A DNA stretch of 64,000 bases from Gemmatimonadota bacterium (lineage in GTDB: Bacteria > Gemmatimonadota > Gemmatimonadetes > Gemmatimonadales > GWC2-71-9): contig JAZDCZ010000289.1 of assembly GCA_036679605.1 (NCBI GenBank), positions 1 through 64,000 on the forward strand. The letters run 5' to 3'. Below are positions 1 to 8,680 of this stretch, one piece after another (within the stretch, counting starts at the first letter, position 1; the number at the start of each line of letters is the position of its first letter). The notes beneath the pieces were generated by a model. It was not told where the DNA came from. It did no database searches and worked only from the letters and a program-made list of their open reading frames with translations. Both the position numbers and the translations under genes were made by a program.

Positions 1-1220
1 TTGAAGGTGACGAACGCGGCCCGGCTGCCGTCTGGTGAGAAGAACGGCACACCGCCACCGGTCGTCCCCGGTACCGTAGCCGCCTCCAGCTGATCCCGGT
101 GCCGAAGGAACAACTGTCGATTGCCGCTTGCGTCGCTCCCCGCGTAGAGAAACCGATTGCCGTCCGGCGATAGCGCGACCCTTGGGAACCCTGATGACCA
201 GAGCGCGTCGGAGAGTCTCACACTGTATCGCGACACGAGCGTTGGTGGCTTGGGACGCGAAAGCGTCCACACGGTTGTGAATAGGAGCACCGCCGCGAGA
301 GCAGCAAGCGGGACCGCGAACCGTTGCTTCCAGTCTGTCGCTGTGCCCGCAGCTAATGACGTGCCCTGGACTGTCGGAAGTGTGAACGCCGGGTTCGTCA
401 ATGCATCCGCGAAAGCCTTGGCACTCTCGAACCGATCCGCCGCCAACCTCTCCAACGACTTGGCTGTGGCCGCGGCGACATGGGACGGCACCGACTTCCG
501 TAGCTCCGTGACCGACCGCGCCTCGTCGGTTACGATCTTCATGATGATCGCCTGAGCTGACCCACCCACATGAGGCGGTTCGCCCGTCAACATTTCGTAC
601 AACACGCTGCCCAACGAGTAGATGTCCGACCGAGCAGTGAGGTCTTTCTCGGCGGTGGCTTGCTCGGGACTCATGTAATGCGGTGTCCCAAGACTCAGCC
701 CCGTCTCGGTCATCCGCCCACCGGCCGCCGCACTCACGGCGAGCGCGATCCCGAAGTCCGCCACCATGGGGCGGCCCTCGTGGAGCAGGATGTTCTCGGG
801 CTTGATATCTCGATGGATGACGTTCTGCCGATGGGCGTAGTCGAGGGCGTCCGCGATGGCGGTCGTGATCGCGACCGCCTCCTCGATGCCAAGCTGTGTC
901 TCGCGATTCAGTTTGTCGCGCAGCGTCTCGCCGTCGATGAACGGCATGACATAATAGAGGAAAGAGTCCGCTTCTCCCGAATCGAACAGCGGCAGGATGT
1001 GCGGGTGCTGCAAATTCGCTGTGGTCGTGATCTCCTGCACGAAACGCTCGGCACCCAAGACGGCAGCGAGCTCGGGGCGCAACACCTTCACCGCGACCTT
1101 GCGTTTGTGCTTCAAGTCCTCGGCGAGGTAGACGGTTGCCATGCCGCCTTCGCCCAAGTGGCGTTCGATCTGGTAGCGGTCGGCGAGGGCAGTCGAGAGC
1201 TTGGACGTGATCTCGGTCAT
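1..1220 (-). CDS. Ser/Thr protein kinase, probably with PD40/beta-propeller C-terminus (3' part runs off the window)
   Basis: Manual translation of the minus strand from ATG at 1220: MTEITSKLSTALADRYQIERHLGEGGMATVY...HRDIKPEN...DFG...GTPHYMSPEQ, then a TM segment and SPDG repeats. Absent from the ORF track because it is truncated. Close paralogue of 31158..33836. Confidence 0.93.
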   Translation of the reverse strand, partial: MTEITSKLSTALADRYQIERHLGEGGMATVYLAEDLKHKRKVAVKVLRPELAAVLGAERFVQEITTTANLQHPHILPLFDSGEADSFLYYVMPFIDGETLRDKLNRETQLGIEEAVAITTAIADALDYAHRQNVIHRDIKPENILLHEGRPMVADFGIALAVSAAAGGRMTETGLSLGTPHYMSPEQATAEKDLTARSDIYSLGSVLYEMLTGEPPHVGGSAQAIIMKIVTDEARSVTELRKSVPSHVAAATAKSLERLAADRFESAKAFADALTNPAFTLPTVQGTSLAAGTATDWKQRFAVPLAALAAVLLFTTVWTLSRPKPPTLVSRYSVRLSDALWSSGFPRVALSPDGNRFLYAGSDASGNRQLFLRHRDQLEAATVPGTTGGGVPFFSPDGSRAAFVTF

Positions 1221-1228
1221 GGGGCAAT

Positions 1229-1257
1229 AAGATGGAGTGCCGAAGCTCAGTTGGCTA
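1229..1257 (-). promoter_or_regulatory. Putative sigma70-type promoter TAGCCA-17-CATCTT, with the ATG 8 nt downstream (leaderless or near-leaderless)
   Basis: The same spacing and motif occur upstream of the kinases at 14632 and 33836 and of the kinase remnant at 11112. Confidence 0.65.
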
Positions 1258-1359
1258 GCGATTCAAGGGGTTTCTTGCAAACAAGATGATCTTTTTGCCA
1301 CACTAGGACGTCTGAGGGGGCGGAGCGAGTGCCTACTCGAACGGTCCATGAAAAGTTTC

Positions 1360-2277
1360 TCAGTGCTGCGATTTCAGTCCTATGGCCCGTCCGTCCAGGT
1401 TCCACGCGGGATCGATGGTCACGCCCAGGTGGGTCAGGGCTGTCACAGCTACGTCCACGATGTTGGGAGGGGTCTGGGGTTCACCCGGAATGACCGAGGG
1501 ACCGTGGGCGAGAAAGAAAATGGTCCGTTCGTTGTCGGAATCGCCGCCGTGTCCTCCCTCGTCGTCGCGTCCGTGGTCGGTGGACATTAGGATCAACCAA
1601 TCTTCGTCGGCGTACGTGGGTCGCCTCTCCACCGCCGCCACCAAACGCCCCACGAGTCTGTCCGCCACTTCGATGGCGGCGTAGTACTCCGGGGCGAAGG
1701 TGCCGGTGGCGTGGGAGACCTCGTCGGGGTCACCGACGTAAACGAAGGCTGCGTCGAGGTCCTGGAAAGCCAGCCGCTCGACCGCCGCGTCCACAGAGAG
1801 GGAATCCGCCGGCCCGTACCCTAACTCACCGCCGTCGAAGAACAGTAGTTCGTCGATGGCGTTGCTGAGGAGGGGCCCGCCCGATGACGTCGTTGCCAGC
1901 GGCGCCCAATCCACGACCGCGAAGGTGTTGAACGACGGATCGACTCGCTCCAGGCGCGTCAAGAAGTCGGGATACGTGGCGTAGTCGTTGCCTGTGAAGT
2001 TGTTGCCATCAACCAGGTGCTTATCCGTGCGGGCGCCGATGAGCATGCTCGACCATCCGGGGCCGCTCACCGTCCGCACCTTGGTCCGGGCCCGGTCGCT
2101 GAAGAGTCCGTTGGCGATGAGACGGTCGATGTTGGGCGTGGCTACCTTGGCGAGAATGTCGATGCGGATGCCGTCGAGGCCGATGAGCAGCACTTTCTTG
2201 GCCGGCGGCGCGCCACGACACCCGAGGAACCCCGCGGCGATGGCAATACCGAGCAAACGTCCACTAACCCTCGGCAT
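1360..2277 (-). CDS. Alkaline phosphatase superfamily (type I phosphodiesterase/nucleotide pyrophosphatase-like) lipoprotein
   Basis: Motifs LLIGLDG, TVSGPGW, D..SH and TDHG; lipobox-like FLGC; start overlaps the upstream kinase stop. Confidence 0.85.
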   Translation of the reverse strand: MPRVSGRLLGIAIAAGFLGCRGAPPAKKVLLIGLDGIRIDILAKVATPNIDRLIANGLFSDRARTKVRTVSGPGWSSMLIGARTDKHLVDGNNFTGNDYATYPDFLTRLERVDPSFNTFAVVDWAPLATTSSGGPLLSNAIDELLFFDGGELGYGPADSLSVDAAVERLAFQDLDAAFVYVGDPDEVSHATGTFAPEYYAAIEVADRLVGRLVAAVERRPTYADEDWLILMSTDHGRDDEGGHGGDSDNERTIFFLAHGPSVIPGEPQTPPNIVDVAVTALTHLGVTIDPAWNLDGRAIGLKSQH

Positions 2278-4231
2278 CGATTTGCTTCAACGCCTGTTCC
2301 ACTTCCTCCTGTCCCTCTAGTAGACGCGCGATGTCGTCGGAGAGTTCGCGGGCCTTGGATAGGTCGGCGGTCACGCTGGTCGGCGATCCGGATCCGGCAT
2401 GCATGCGAAGCAAATCGAGCCGAATGGTTTCCAGCGACGTGACTGCATCTTGCAATCTCGTCTGGGCCACATCACGTGCCCGCTTGAGATGTTCGGCGAG
2501 TTGCTCGCGCTGCGCAGCGAGTCCGGAGTCCGGGGCGCTCAAAGCTGCGCGTTGCGGCAGCGCGGCGTTTCCTTCCGCCCCGACATCGATGAGCATTCCG
2601 TTCAGCTCGTCGATGCGGGTGCGCATTCCCTGTGCGTCCTTCTCGAGCCGACCCACGACTCGAGGGAGATCCTGAAACTCTTTGCGCGCGGCCTTCGGCA
2701 GTTCTTCGAAGAGACGTTCGGCGGCCATTCCGATGGCCATCTCGGTGGGGCGGTAAGCCGTGTTCGCCGCAGCCGGGAGTCCCTTGAGCCTGAACCCTGC
2801 CACCTTGAATAGCCACTTGCCCGCACGGCTCCCCCAAAACTTGATCCACCGTTTTCCGGCCAGACCCCGCCTGCTGCCACCTCTGGCTGCGGCGATGGGC
2901 AGCCCGACCATGCTGGCGACTAAGCCCCCGCCGCCGAGCAGGGCTATGCCTCCCAAGGCTAGATTGGAGATGGCATTGAGGTCGATGATGACGGCGAGAG
3001 CGGTTCCCACTCCCATTGCTGCCAAACCTCCGTGAACGAGCCCGAAGGCTAAGGTATCGATCCATTTCCTTTTTCCGCCCAGCTCGAACGCCAGTTCCTC
3101 CTTCCGCCTCTGGAGATCATCCTTGAGCGCCAGCAGGAGTTCTTGGTGTCCATATCCGGAGGCCAGAAGTTTGCGGGCCATTCGGACGAGCATCCCGATC
3201 GGGGCAAGACCCATCGCGCCAGTGAACAGCGCGGCTATCAGGCTCACCACTGCCTCTCCGCTCACCCCCGTGATGACGGTTATGGTAAGGGAGTACAGGA
3301 CCAGCAGTACCCACCCCGTCAAGCCCCGGAACTGCTCGCGGTTTTGTTTGACGAACACGCGCAGCGGCAACGGGATCTCGCGGCGCACCTCGATCGACCG
3401 GCTCATTGCCGCGGCCAGGTCTTCGCCATTCGCAAAGCGGTCCGCCGGGGCCTTGGCCAAACAACGGTCCATGGCCCGGGCCAAATGCTTGGGCACTTCG
3501 GGCGCGACGCTGGCGAGCCGCGGCGCGGCTTGGGTGATGTGCTTGGCGAGTATTGCGGCGACGGTGTCGCCTTCAAACGGGAGCTGACCGGACAACATAT
3601 AGTACCCGACCACTCCCAGAGAGTAGATGTCGCTTCGTTCGTCTACGGTCTCGCCGCTGGCCTGCTCCGGACTCATGTACTCAGCGGTTCCCAGCACTTC
3701 GCCTATTCCCGTGAGTCCGGGGCCCTCGCGTACTTGGGCGATCCCGAAATCAGTTACGAGCGCGCGGCCGGAACCCTCGAGCAGAATGTTGTCGGGTTTG
3801 ACATCACGGTGCACCACCCCTTGGGCGTGTGCGTAGGCGAGCGCCCACGCGACCTCTCGCAGAATGCGGGCGGCGTCGCCCGCAGGTAGGGGGCCGCGCC
3901 TCCTGATCGCCGCGCCGAGCGTTTCGCCGTCGACGTAGGCCATGGTGAAGAACACGAAGCTCCCGACCTCGTCCACCGCGTAGATCGGAACGATGTTTGG
4001 CTGCGAGAGCTTGGCCGCCGTACGCGCCTCACGCATGAACCGCTCGCGCAACGTGGGTTCTGCGGCCATGGACGGGGGCAGCAGCTTGAGGGCCACGGGC
4101 CGATCGAGGGCGACTTCGTGGGCCAGGTAGACGATCCCCATTCCCCCGCGACCGAGTTCCCGTTGCAGGGAATATCGACCGGCGAGTGCCTCCTGGACCG
4201 CAATGAACTCGGAGCTGGTGTCGTTTGTCAT
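2264..4231 (-). CDS. Membrane Ser/Thr protein kinase with TM helices and a C-terminal coiled coil
   Basis: GRGGMG, HRDVKPDN, DFG, YMSPE. Likely start is MTNDTSS at 4231. Paralogue of 26054..28204 (shared LETIRLDLLR / LENLRLDLLR tail). Confidence 0.92.
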   Translation of the reverse strand: MTNDTSSEFIAVQEALAGRYSLQRELGRGGMGIVYLAHEVALDRPVALKLLPPSMAAEPTLRERFMREARTAAKLSQPNIVPIYAVDEVGSFVFFTMAYVDGETLGAAIRRRGPLPAGDAARILREVAWALAYAHAQGVVHRDVKPDNILLEGSGRALVTDFGIAQVREGPGLTGIGEVLGTAEYMSPEQASGETVDERSDIYSLGVVGYYMLSGQLPFEGDTVAAILAKHITQAAPRLASVAPEVPKHLARAMDRCLAKAPADRFANGEDLAAAMSRSIEVRREIPLPLRVFVKQNREQFRGLTGWVLLVLYSLTITVITGVSGEAVVSLIAALFTGAMGLAPIGMLVRMARKLLASGYGHQELLLALKDDLQRRKEELAFELGGKRKWIDTLAFGLVHGGLAAMGVGTALAVIIDLNAISNLALGGIALLGGGGLVASMVGLPIAAARGGSRRGLAGKRWIKFWGSRAGKWLFKVAGFRLKGLPAAANTAYRPTEMAIGMAAERLFEELPKAARKEFQDLPRVVGRLEKDAQGMRTRIDELNGMLIDVGAEGNAALPQRAALSAPDSGLAAQREQLAEHLKRARDVAQTRLQDAVTSLETIRLDLLRMHAGSGSPTSVTADLSKARELSDDIARLLEGQEEVEQALKQIDAEG

Positions 4232-4268
4232 AAGCTGTGAGCTGTCAAACGAAGGCTGGCGCCCGGGG

Positions 4269-4685
4269 CTACTTCGCCTTGAGCACCCTCGCTGCGCGGA
4301 CATAGCTCTTGGGCTTGACCCACAGGATCATCCCGTAGCGCCCTTTGCCGGCCACCATCGCATCTGCCGCAGTGATGTTAATCTTGGCGTCTGCCAGCTT
4401 CTGGAAATGTCGGTGTACAGCGCCGACCCGGTCGTTGCCAGTAACCAGAAACGCTTTCTTTACTTTGCTCAAACGCCAGCCGTTTGCCCGGGCCACTTTG
4501 CGAAACGCTGTCATGTCCGCCGGCACAAAGTCGAGCTGTGTCTTGCCGCGACCGATGGGAAACCCGGAGTGTGCCAGGAGACTCACCCCCGCCTCGCGTA
4601 GCACACCGAGCACGTCATCACCCCGGCCGGCACGGTTGGGAACCTTGATGTAGCAGTAGTTGATCTTCTTTACGCGATCCGTCAT
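4269..4685 (-). CDS. ACT-domain-like small protein
   Basis: 138 aa with a duplicated ACT-like pattern (PNRAG...L.EAGVSL and DRVG...LADAKINI); SD GGAG upstream. Confidence 0.65.
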   Translation of the reverse strand: MTDRVKKINYCYIKVPNRAGRGDDVLGVLREAGVSLLAHSGFPIGRGKTQLDFVPADMTAFRKVARANGWRLSKVKKAFLVTGNDRVGAVHRHFQKLADAKINITAADAMVAGKGRYGMILWVKPKSYVRAARVLKAK

Positions 4686-4828
4686 GGGTCACTCCCTGCT
4701 TGGGACGTGTGTTCAGAACTCGAGCTAAGATGGCAATGTTAGACGCTGATCCGTTCCTCGGCCAGTGCAAACGGAGCAAATCCATGTGTGAGTAAACGAT
4801 CCGGGGCAGCATCTCCTATTATTTCCCG

Positions 4829-5446
4829 TCATAGACCGGGCGGGATACCGCGCTTGTAGCGCAGGTACATCCAGGACATCGGCACCACGAGCACAGCAGC
4901 GGCCACCACAGTGAGCCCCAGCATGAGCCCGGCGAGAAGTTGAGACTGGTGGTAACGAGTTACGACTGCAAAGAGGGCCGAGTCTTGGCGTGCCGCTAGC
5001 TCGATCATGGCACGGCGTCCGCTCACTCCAACCCCAAAATCACCGACCCCGGCAGCACCAGGCCGCGCCATGTCGCCGAGCACCTCGTTCACCAGCATCC
5101 GATCGACGGAGTCGACGAGAGCGCCTTGGAACTCGCGCAACTGGACCCGTAACGCTACTCCTACACTATCCCTCACGTGAACACGCTCGGCGGCATCGAG
5201 ACTCGTGTCTGCTCCCATCACGAGCGAGAGCCATCTATCGAGGGCCGCGTTGTAGCTGTGGAGCGCCCGTACTGTTCCTTGTCCTTCGGCAATCACGGTG
5301 CCCGACCGACCGAGCGCGAGTAGGTGTATGCTCCCAACGACGACACCGACGATCAGCGCACCCGCGGCGATCGTTAGGGCGAGTCCCGGTCGGATTCCTT
5401 TGTACTCCAGAAGAGCGATCGCAAGCGACGAGCGAGGTTGGTTCAC
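4829..5446 (-). CDS. Hypothetical membrane protein (two TM helices flanking a helical extracytoplasmic region)
   Basis: 205-aa ORF with two hydrophobic segments; SD GGAGA before the GTG. Confidence 0.6.
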   Translation of the reverse strand: MNQPRSSLAIALLEYKGIRPGLALTIAAGALIVGVVVGSIHLLALGRSGTVIAEGQGTVRALHSYNAALDRWLSLVMGADTSLDAAERVHVRDSVGVALRVQLREFQGALVDSVDRMLVNEVLGDMARPGAAGVGDFGVGVSGRRAMIELAARQDSALFAVVTRYHQSQLLAGLMLGLTVVAAAVLVVPMSWMYLRYKRGIPPGL

Positions 5447-5859
5447 GAACTTCTCCCAGTAGTAGACATGGTACCCTGCGCTGCGAGCATTGGAGCAGTC
5501 GGCTGGGCGGCCTCCTCCGACTTCGCCGCGTGGATCTGCCCACAGATGCTGGCTCCTTTATGTGCCAGCAGCCGCGCCGCCGTATCGGGGTGGTCGAACT
5601 GGTCGATCACTGCGATGGCTACGAGGGCCGGACAGGAGTCAAGAATAGAGTTTACGACAAGAGTAGGCTAGGGGTGGGTCAGGTACTCCGCGTTTGACTT
5701 CCCACGCGACAGTGGACAGATCCGGTGCACCTCGGCGAGAGCGGAAGTCGGGAGGTGTTGTCAGACATTAGCGGAAGGGCTGCCGTTGATGATCATTCGA
5801 ACACGAATCCCGCCCGGCGAGTATGCGCGTCCGGGTAACAATCCGTGGCAGCATTTCCG

Positions 5860-5945
5860 TTACACCTTAGCATCGATTTGCTTCAACGGCTGTTCCACTT
5901 CCTCCTGTCCCTCTGCTAGCCGCGCGATATCGACGGAGAGTTCGC
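5860..5945 (-). pseudogene. Orphan 3'-end remnant of a membrane kinase gene
   Basis: 5870-5945 matches 2274-2349 at 70/76 nt (manual count). It encodes ELSVDIARLAEGQEEVEQPLKQIDAKV*, with the stop at the equivalent position. Confidence 0.9.
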
Positions 5946-5992
5946 TCCTGGGTCCTCTCTCTTGAGGTCAAGTGGTGTCATACGTGGGCGGC

Positions 5993-6409
5993 TTACATTC
6001 CGGGAGGCGTGGCCCCGCCAGCTCCTGCTCCCGACATCCCCTGTCGCCCGGTGATGATGAATAGGACCGTCACCAATGCGAGGAGCGCGGCGTCCGCCCA
6101 AACTACCCAGTTTCCCACGGAGGCCATCGCTGTTAGCGCGAACACCACTGCCCAAAGTCCATTGAGGACCGTCAGTCCCAGTATCATGGCATCCCGGGCT
6201 TTCGAGGCCTCCGCGGTGCGGGCGGTCCAGCACATGACCCCGAGACCGATGGCCATGGCGCACCAGCTCCGCAACAGGCTGATCTCCAGGCCGTCCAGCG
6301 GCGGCACGCCGTACAGTCGGGTGAAGAGTGCCGACGGAACGACGAGCGCCACGGCACCCGGGATCGCCATGAGTACGGCGTAGACGGAAAGCAGCGTCTT
6401 CAGGTTCAT
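5993..6409 (-). CDS. Hypothetical 4-TM membrane protein
   Basis: 138 aa, highly hydrophobic; SD GGAGGT. Confidence 0.7.
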   Translation of the reverse strand: MNLKTLLSVYAVLMAIPGAVALVVPSALFTRLYGVPPLDGLEISLLRSWCAMAIGLGVMCWTARTAEASKARDAMILGLTVLNGLWAVVFALTAMASVGNWVVWADAALLALVTVLFIITGRQGMSGAGAGGATPPGM

Positions 6410-6745
6410 TGGGACCTCCCGTTCAGGATAGTCTTGGACGGCGGACTAGCAGGGCCGCCGGCGTCTTAGTGTTCTTGTTTCTTTGGACGGTTATGAGGGC
6501 GAGGTGGCTAACGTGCCTGCGGGTACCATGGTCCGCAAGAGGGACAGCATTGGGACCGGAGAGTCTGTTGGATGGAGTAGTCGGTGGGCTCCAGTCGCTC
6601 CTTGGAAGGGACTCAGTGTTAGTCCGGCTTCCGCGTACGCCTCTTGTACCACGGCGCATCCAGCGTGATGCGGCGCGAACCGGTCCGGACGTCACTGACT
6701 TGCCCGCGTCCCGGAACGCAGGTAGCGTCAAGTTGGGAGATCGCC

Positions 6746-8545
6746 ATGCTTTGCCCTGACTGCGGCACGAAAATACCGAAAGATGCTAGACACTGCCCCA
6801 AGTGTGACACGGTCGTGTCAGAATCGGTGGCTGAGGGGATGACGCCGGACTCGCCTACCGAGACACTCGGGGTCAGCGAGTTGCGGGATCGGTTGCAGGA
6901 CGCTCTCGGGTCACAGTATGCCGTCGAACGGTCGATCGGTCAGGGTGGCTTCGCAGTTGTATTTCTCGTCCGAGACCTGACGCTCAAGCGCCCGCTCGCG
7001 GTGAAGGTCATCTCTCCCGACTTGATCATCTCGCATGCCGTGCTCGAGCGATTTCGTCGAGAGGCCGAGACCATCGCACAACTCTCGCATCCGAATATCG
7101 TCCCCGTTCACTTCGTCGGAAGCAAGGGCGACCTCTTCTACCTCGCGATGACCTTTGTGGACGGCGAGAGCCTCGCCGATCGCGTGAGTCGCGAGGGGAG
7201 CTTGTCTGTTGAGGAATCCGCCCGCATCTTGCGCGAGATTGCCTCCGCGCTCGACCTCGCACACCGTCGCGGAGTGGTACACCGTGACGTCAAGCCGCAC
7301 AACGTTCTGCTCGAGAAGGAAACCCGCCGCGCGCTGCTGACCGATTTCGGGATCGCCCGCACCGCAGAGGGCGAGCATCTGACCGCGACGGGGATGGTTG
7401 TGGGCACACCGGCCTATATGAGTCCTGAACAGGTCACTGGCGACAAGGTGGACCATCGGGCCGACATCTACGCGCTAGGCATCGTTGGCTACGAGATGTT
7501 GGCCGGTCAGCTCCCGTTCACGGGTGAAAACCAGCAAGCAGTATTGATGCAGCGGGTGATGGGCGATCCGACACCCATCGACCAGATCAAGCCGGAGGTG
7601 CCCCAGTGGCTGGCATCGGTCGTGAGCAAGTGCCTGGCCACGGATCCCGCGCTACGCGTCGGCGACGCCGGTGAGATTGCCCGGGCGCTCGAGACGGCGA
7701 CGCCGGTTGAGGGTTCTCAGGTCATGCCCGTGGCCAAGTTCGCGCCGAAGCGAATTCGCAACTGGATCGTAGCGGCGGCCGTCGTTGTGCTAGGCATGGC
7801 CGGAGCAGTCTGGATATCTCGGGGTGGAGGGGCCGTAGCGGAACCGGCGGTTGAGCCAGTGGTTATGATACCGGCTGCTCCTCCCGCCATGGTGATCGTG
7901 CCGGGAGGTACGTTCATCATCGGACGAGCGAACGGTGGATTTACCGCACCAGCCCACGAGGTCACCCTCGACAGCTTCGCCATCGACCGCACGGAAGTCA
8001 GCATCGCGAGCTATCAGGAGTTCATTGCGGAGACCAGCGCGCCAATTCCGTGGTCGGCGCTTCCCGATTCGACGCTGCCCGTCACGCGCGTCAACTGGTT
8101 CGAGGCGCGGGACTACTGCAGGTGGCGCTACCAGGAGGGACGGCTCCCAACCGAAGAGGAGTGGGAGGCGGCGGCCCGAGGGCCCGAGGGCACCACCTAT
8201 CCGTGGTCAGAAACAACGCCTGCAGAACCGGGGAACACCGGTGCTCGTGGGCTCGGCGCTCTCGTACCGGTGGGCTCGAGCCAGAACGCTCTGGGAGCGT
8301 TTGATCTTATCGGCAATGTATGGGAGTGGACGAGCTCGCCCGCGCGAGTGTACCCGGGTGGCCAAGACGCACCGGCAAGGTCGGATGGTGCCTATGTAAT
8401 TAGAGGAGGCGCCTTCGACAGTGCTGAACGGTTCGCAAGCCCGTCCTACCGAGGGTACCTGCCGCCCACAGACAACCGATCGTCATACGAGAAGACGGGG
8501 TTCCGCTGCGCTCTATCGTTGCTGGGAACCGCAAGCAACCGGTAG
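6746..8545 (+). CDS. Ser/Thr kinase with N-terminal zinc ribbon, TM helix and C-terminal FGE-sulfatase (SUMF1/EgtB/PvdO) domain
   Basis: CPDC...CPKC; HRDVKPHN/DFG; RLPTEEEWE, GNVWEW, RGG.F and GFRC motifs; SD GGAGA before ATG 6746. Confidence 0.92.
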   Translation: MLCPDCGTKIPKDARHCPKCDTVVSESVAEGMTPDSPTETLGVSELRDRLQDALGSQYAVERSIGQGGFAVVFLVRDLTLKRPLAVKVISPDLIISHAVLERFRREAETIAQLSHPNIVPVHFVGSKGDLFYLAMTFVDGESLADRVSREGSLSVEESARILREIASALDLAHRRGVVHRDVKPHNVLLEKETRRALLTDFGIARTAEGEHLTATGMVVGTPAYMSPEQVTGDKVDHRADIYALGIVGYEMLAGQLPFTGENQQAVLMQRVMGDPTPIDQIKPEVPQWLASVVSKCLATDPALRVGDAGEIARALETATPVEGSQVMPVAKFAPKRIRNWIVAAAVVVLGMAGAVWISRGGGAVAEPAVEPVVMIPAAPPAMVIVPGGTFIIGRANGGFTAPAHEVTLDSFAIDRTEVSIASYQEFIAETSAPIPWSALPDSTLPVTRVNWFEARDYCRWRYQEGRLPTEEEWEAAARGPEGTTYPWSETTPAEPGNTGARGLGALVPVGSSQNALGAFDLIGNVWEWTSSPARVYPGGQDAPARSDGAYVIRGGAFDSAERFASPSYRGYLPPTDNRSSYEKTGFRCALSLLGTASNR

Positions 8546-8554
8546 CAATGGGTG

Positions 8555-8595
8555 TCACCCCGCACCTTCGCCTTCAACTCCTCGAAGAGGTTTCG
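8555..8595 (-). pseudogene. 3'-end remnant of a PD40-type kinase gene (FEELKAKV)
   Basis: 8563-8588 is identical over 26 nt to 31167-31192, the end of the kinase at 31158..33836. Confidence 0.75.
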
Positions 8596-8680
8596 TTGTC
8601 GCATCGGCTACTGCAACGGCACGTGGTCGTGAAGCGTTAGGTCTAATGCATCAAGTAGATCACACCAGAGAGCGCGCGCA

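Noticed and set aside
570..1289. Long antisense ORFs over kinase and other genes (e.g. 570..1289, 26064..27392, 31290..32378, 51295..52377)
   Set aside because: Shadow ORFs expected opposite GC-rich coding genes; no independent motifs.
5870..5945. Repeat pair 2274-2349 / 5870-5945 as DGR TR/VR
   Set aside because: The six mismatches are not adenine-specific on either strand; a paralogue remnant fits better.
7880..8545. FGE-sulfatase C-terminus as a diversity-generating retroelement target
   Set aside because: No reverse transcriptase and no template-repeat copy of this region is visible in the window.
8634..8649. attC-like GTTAGGT/CTAAT palindrome, and GTCTAAC near 39903
   Set aside because: Too short, no paired R/L boxes, not repeated between genes, and no integron integrase.
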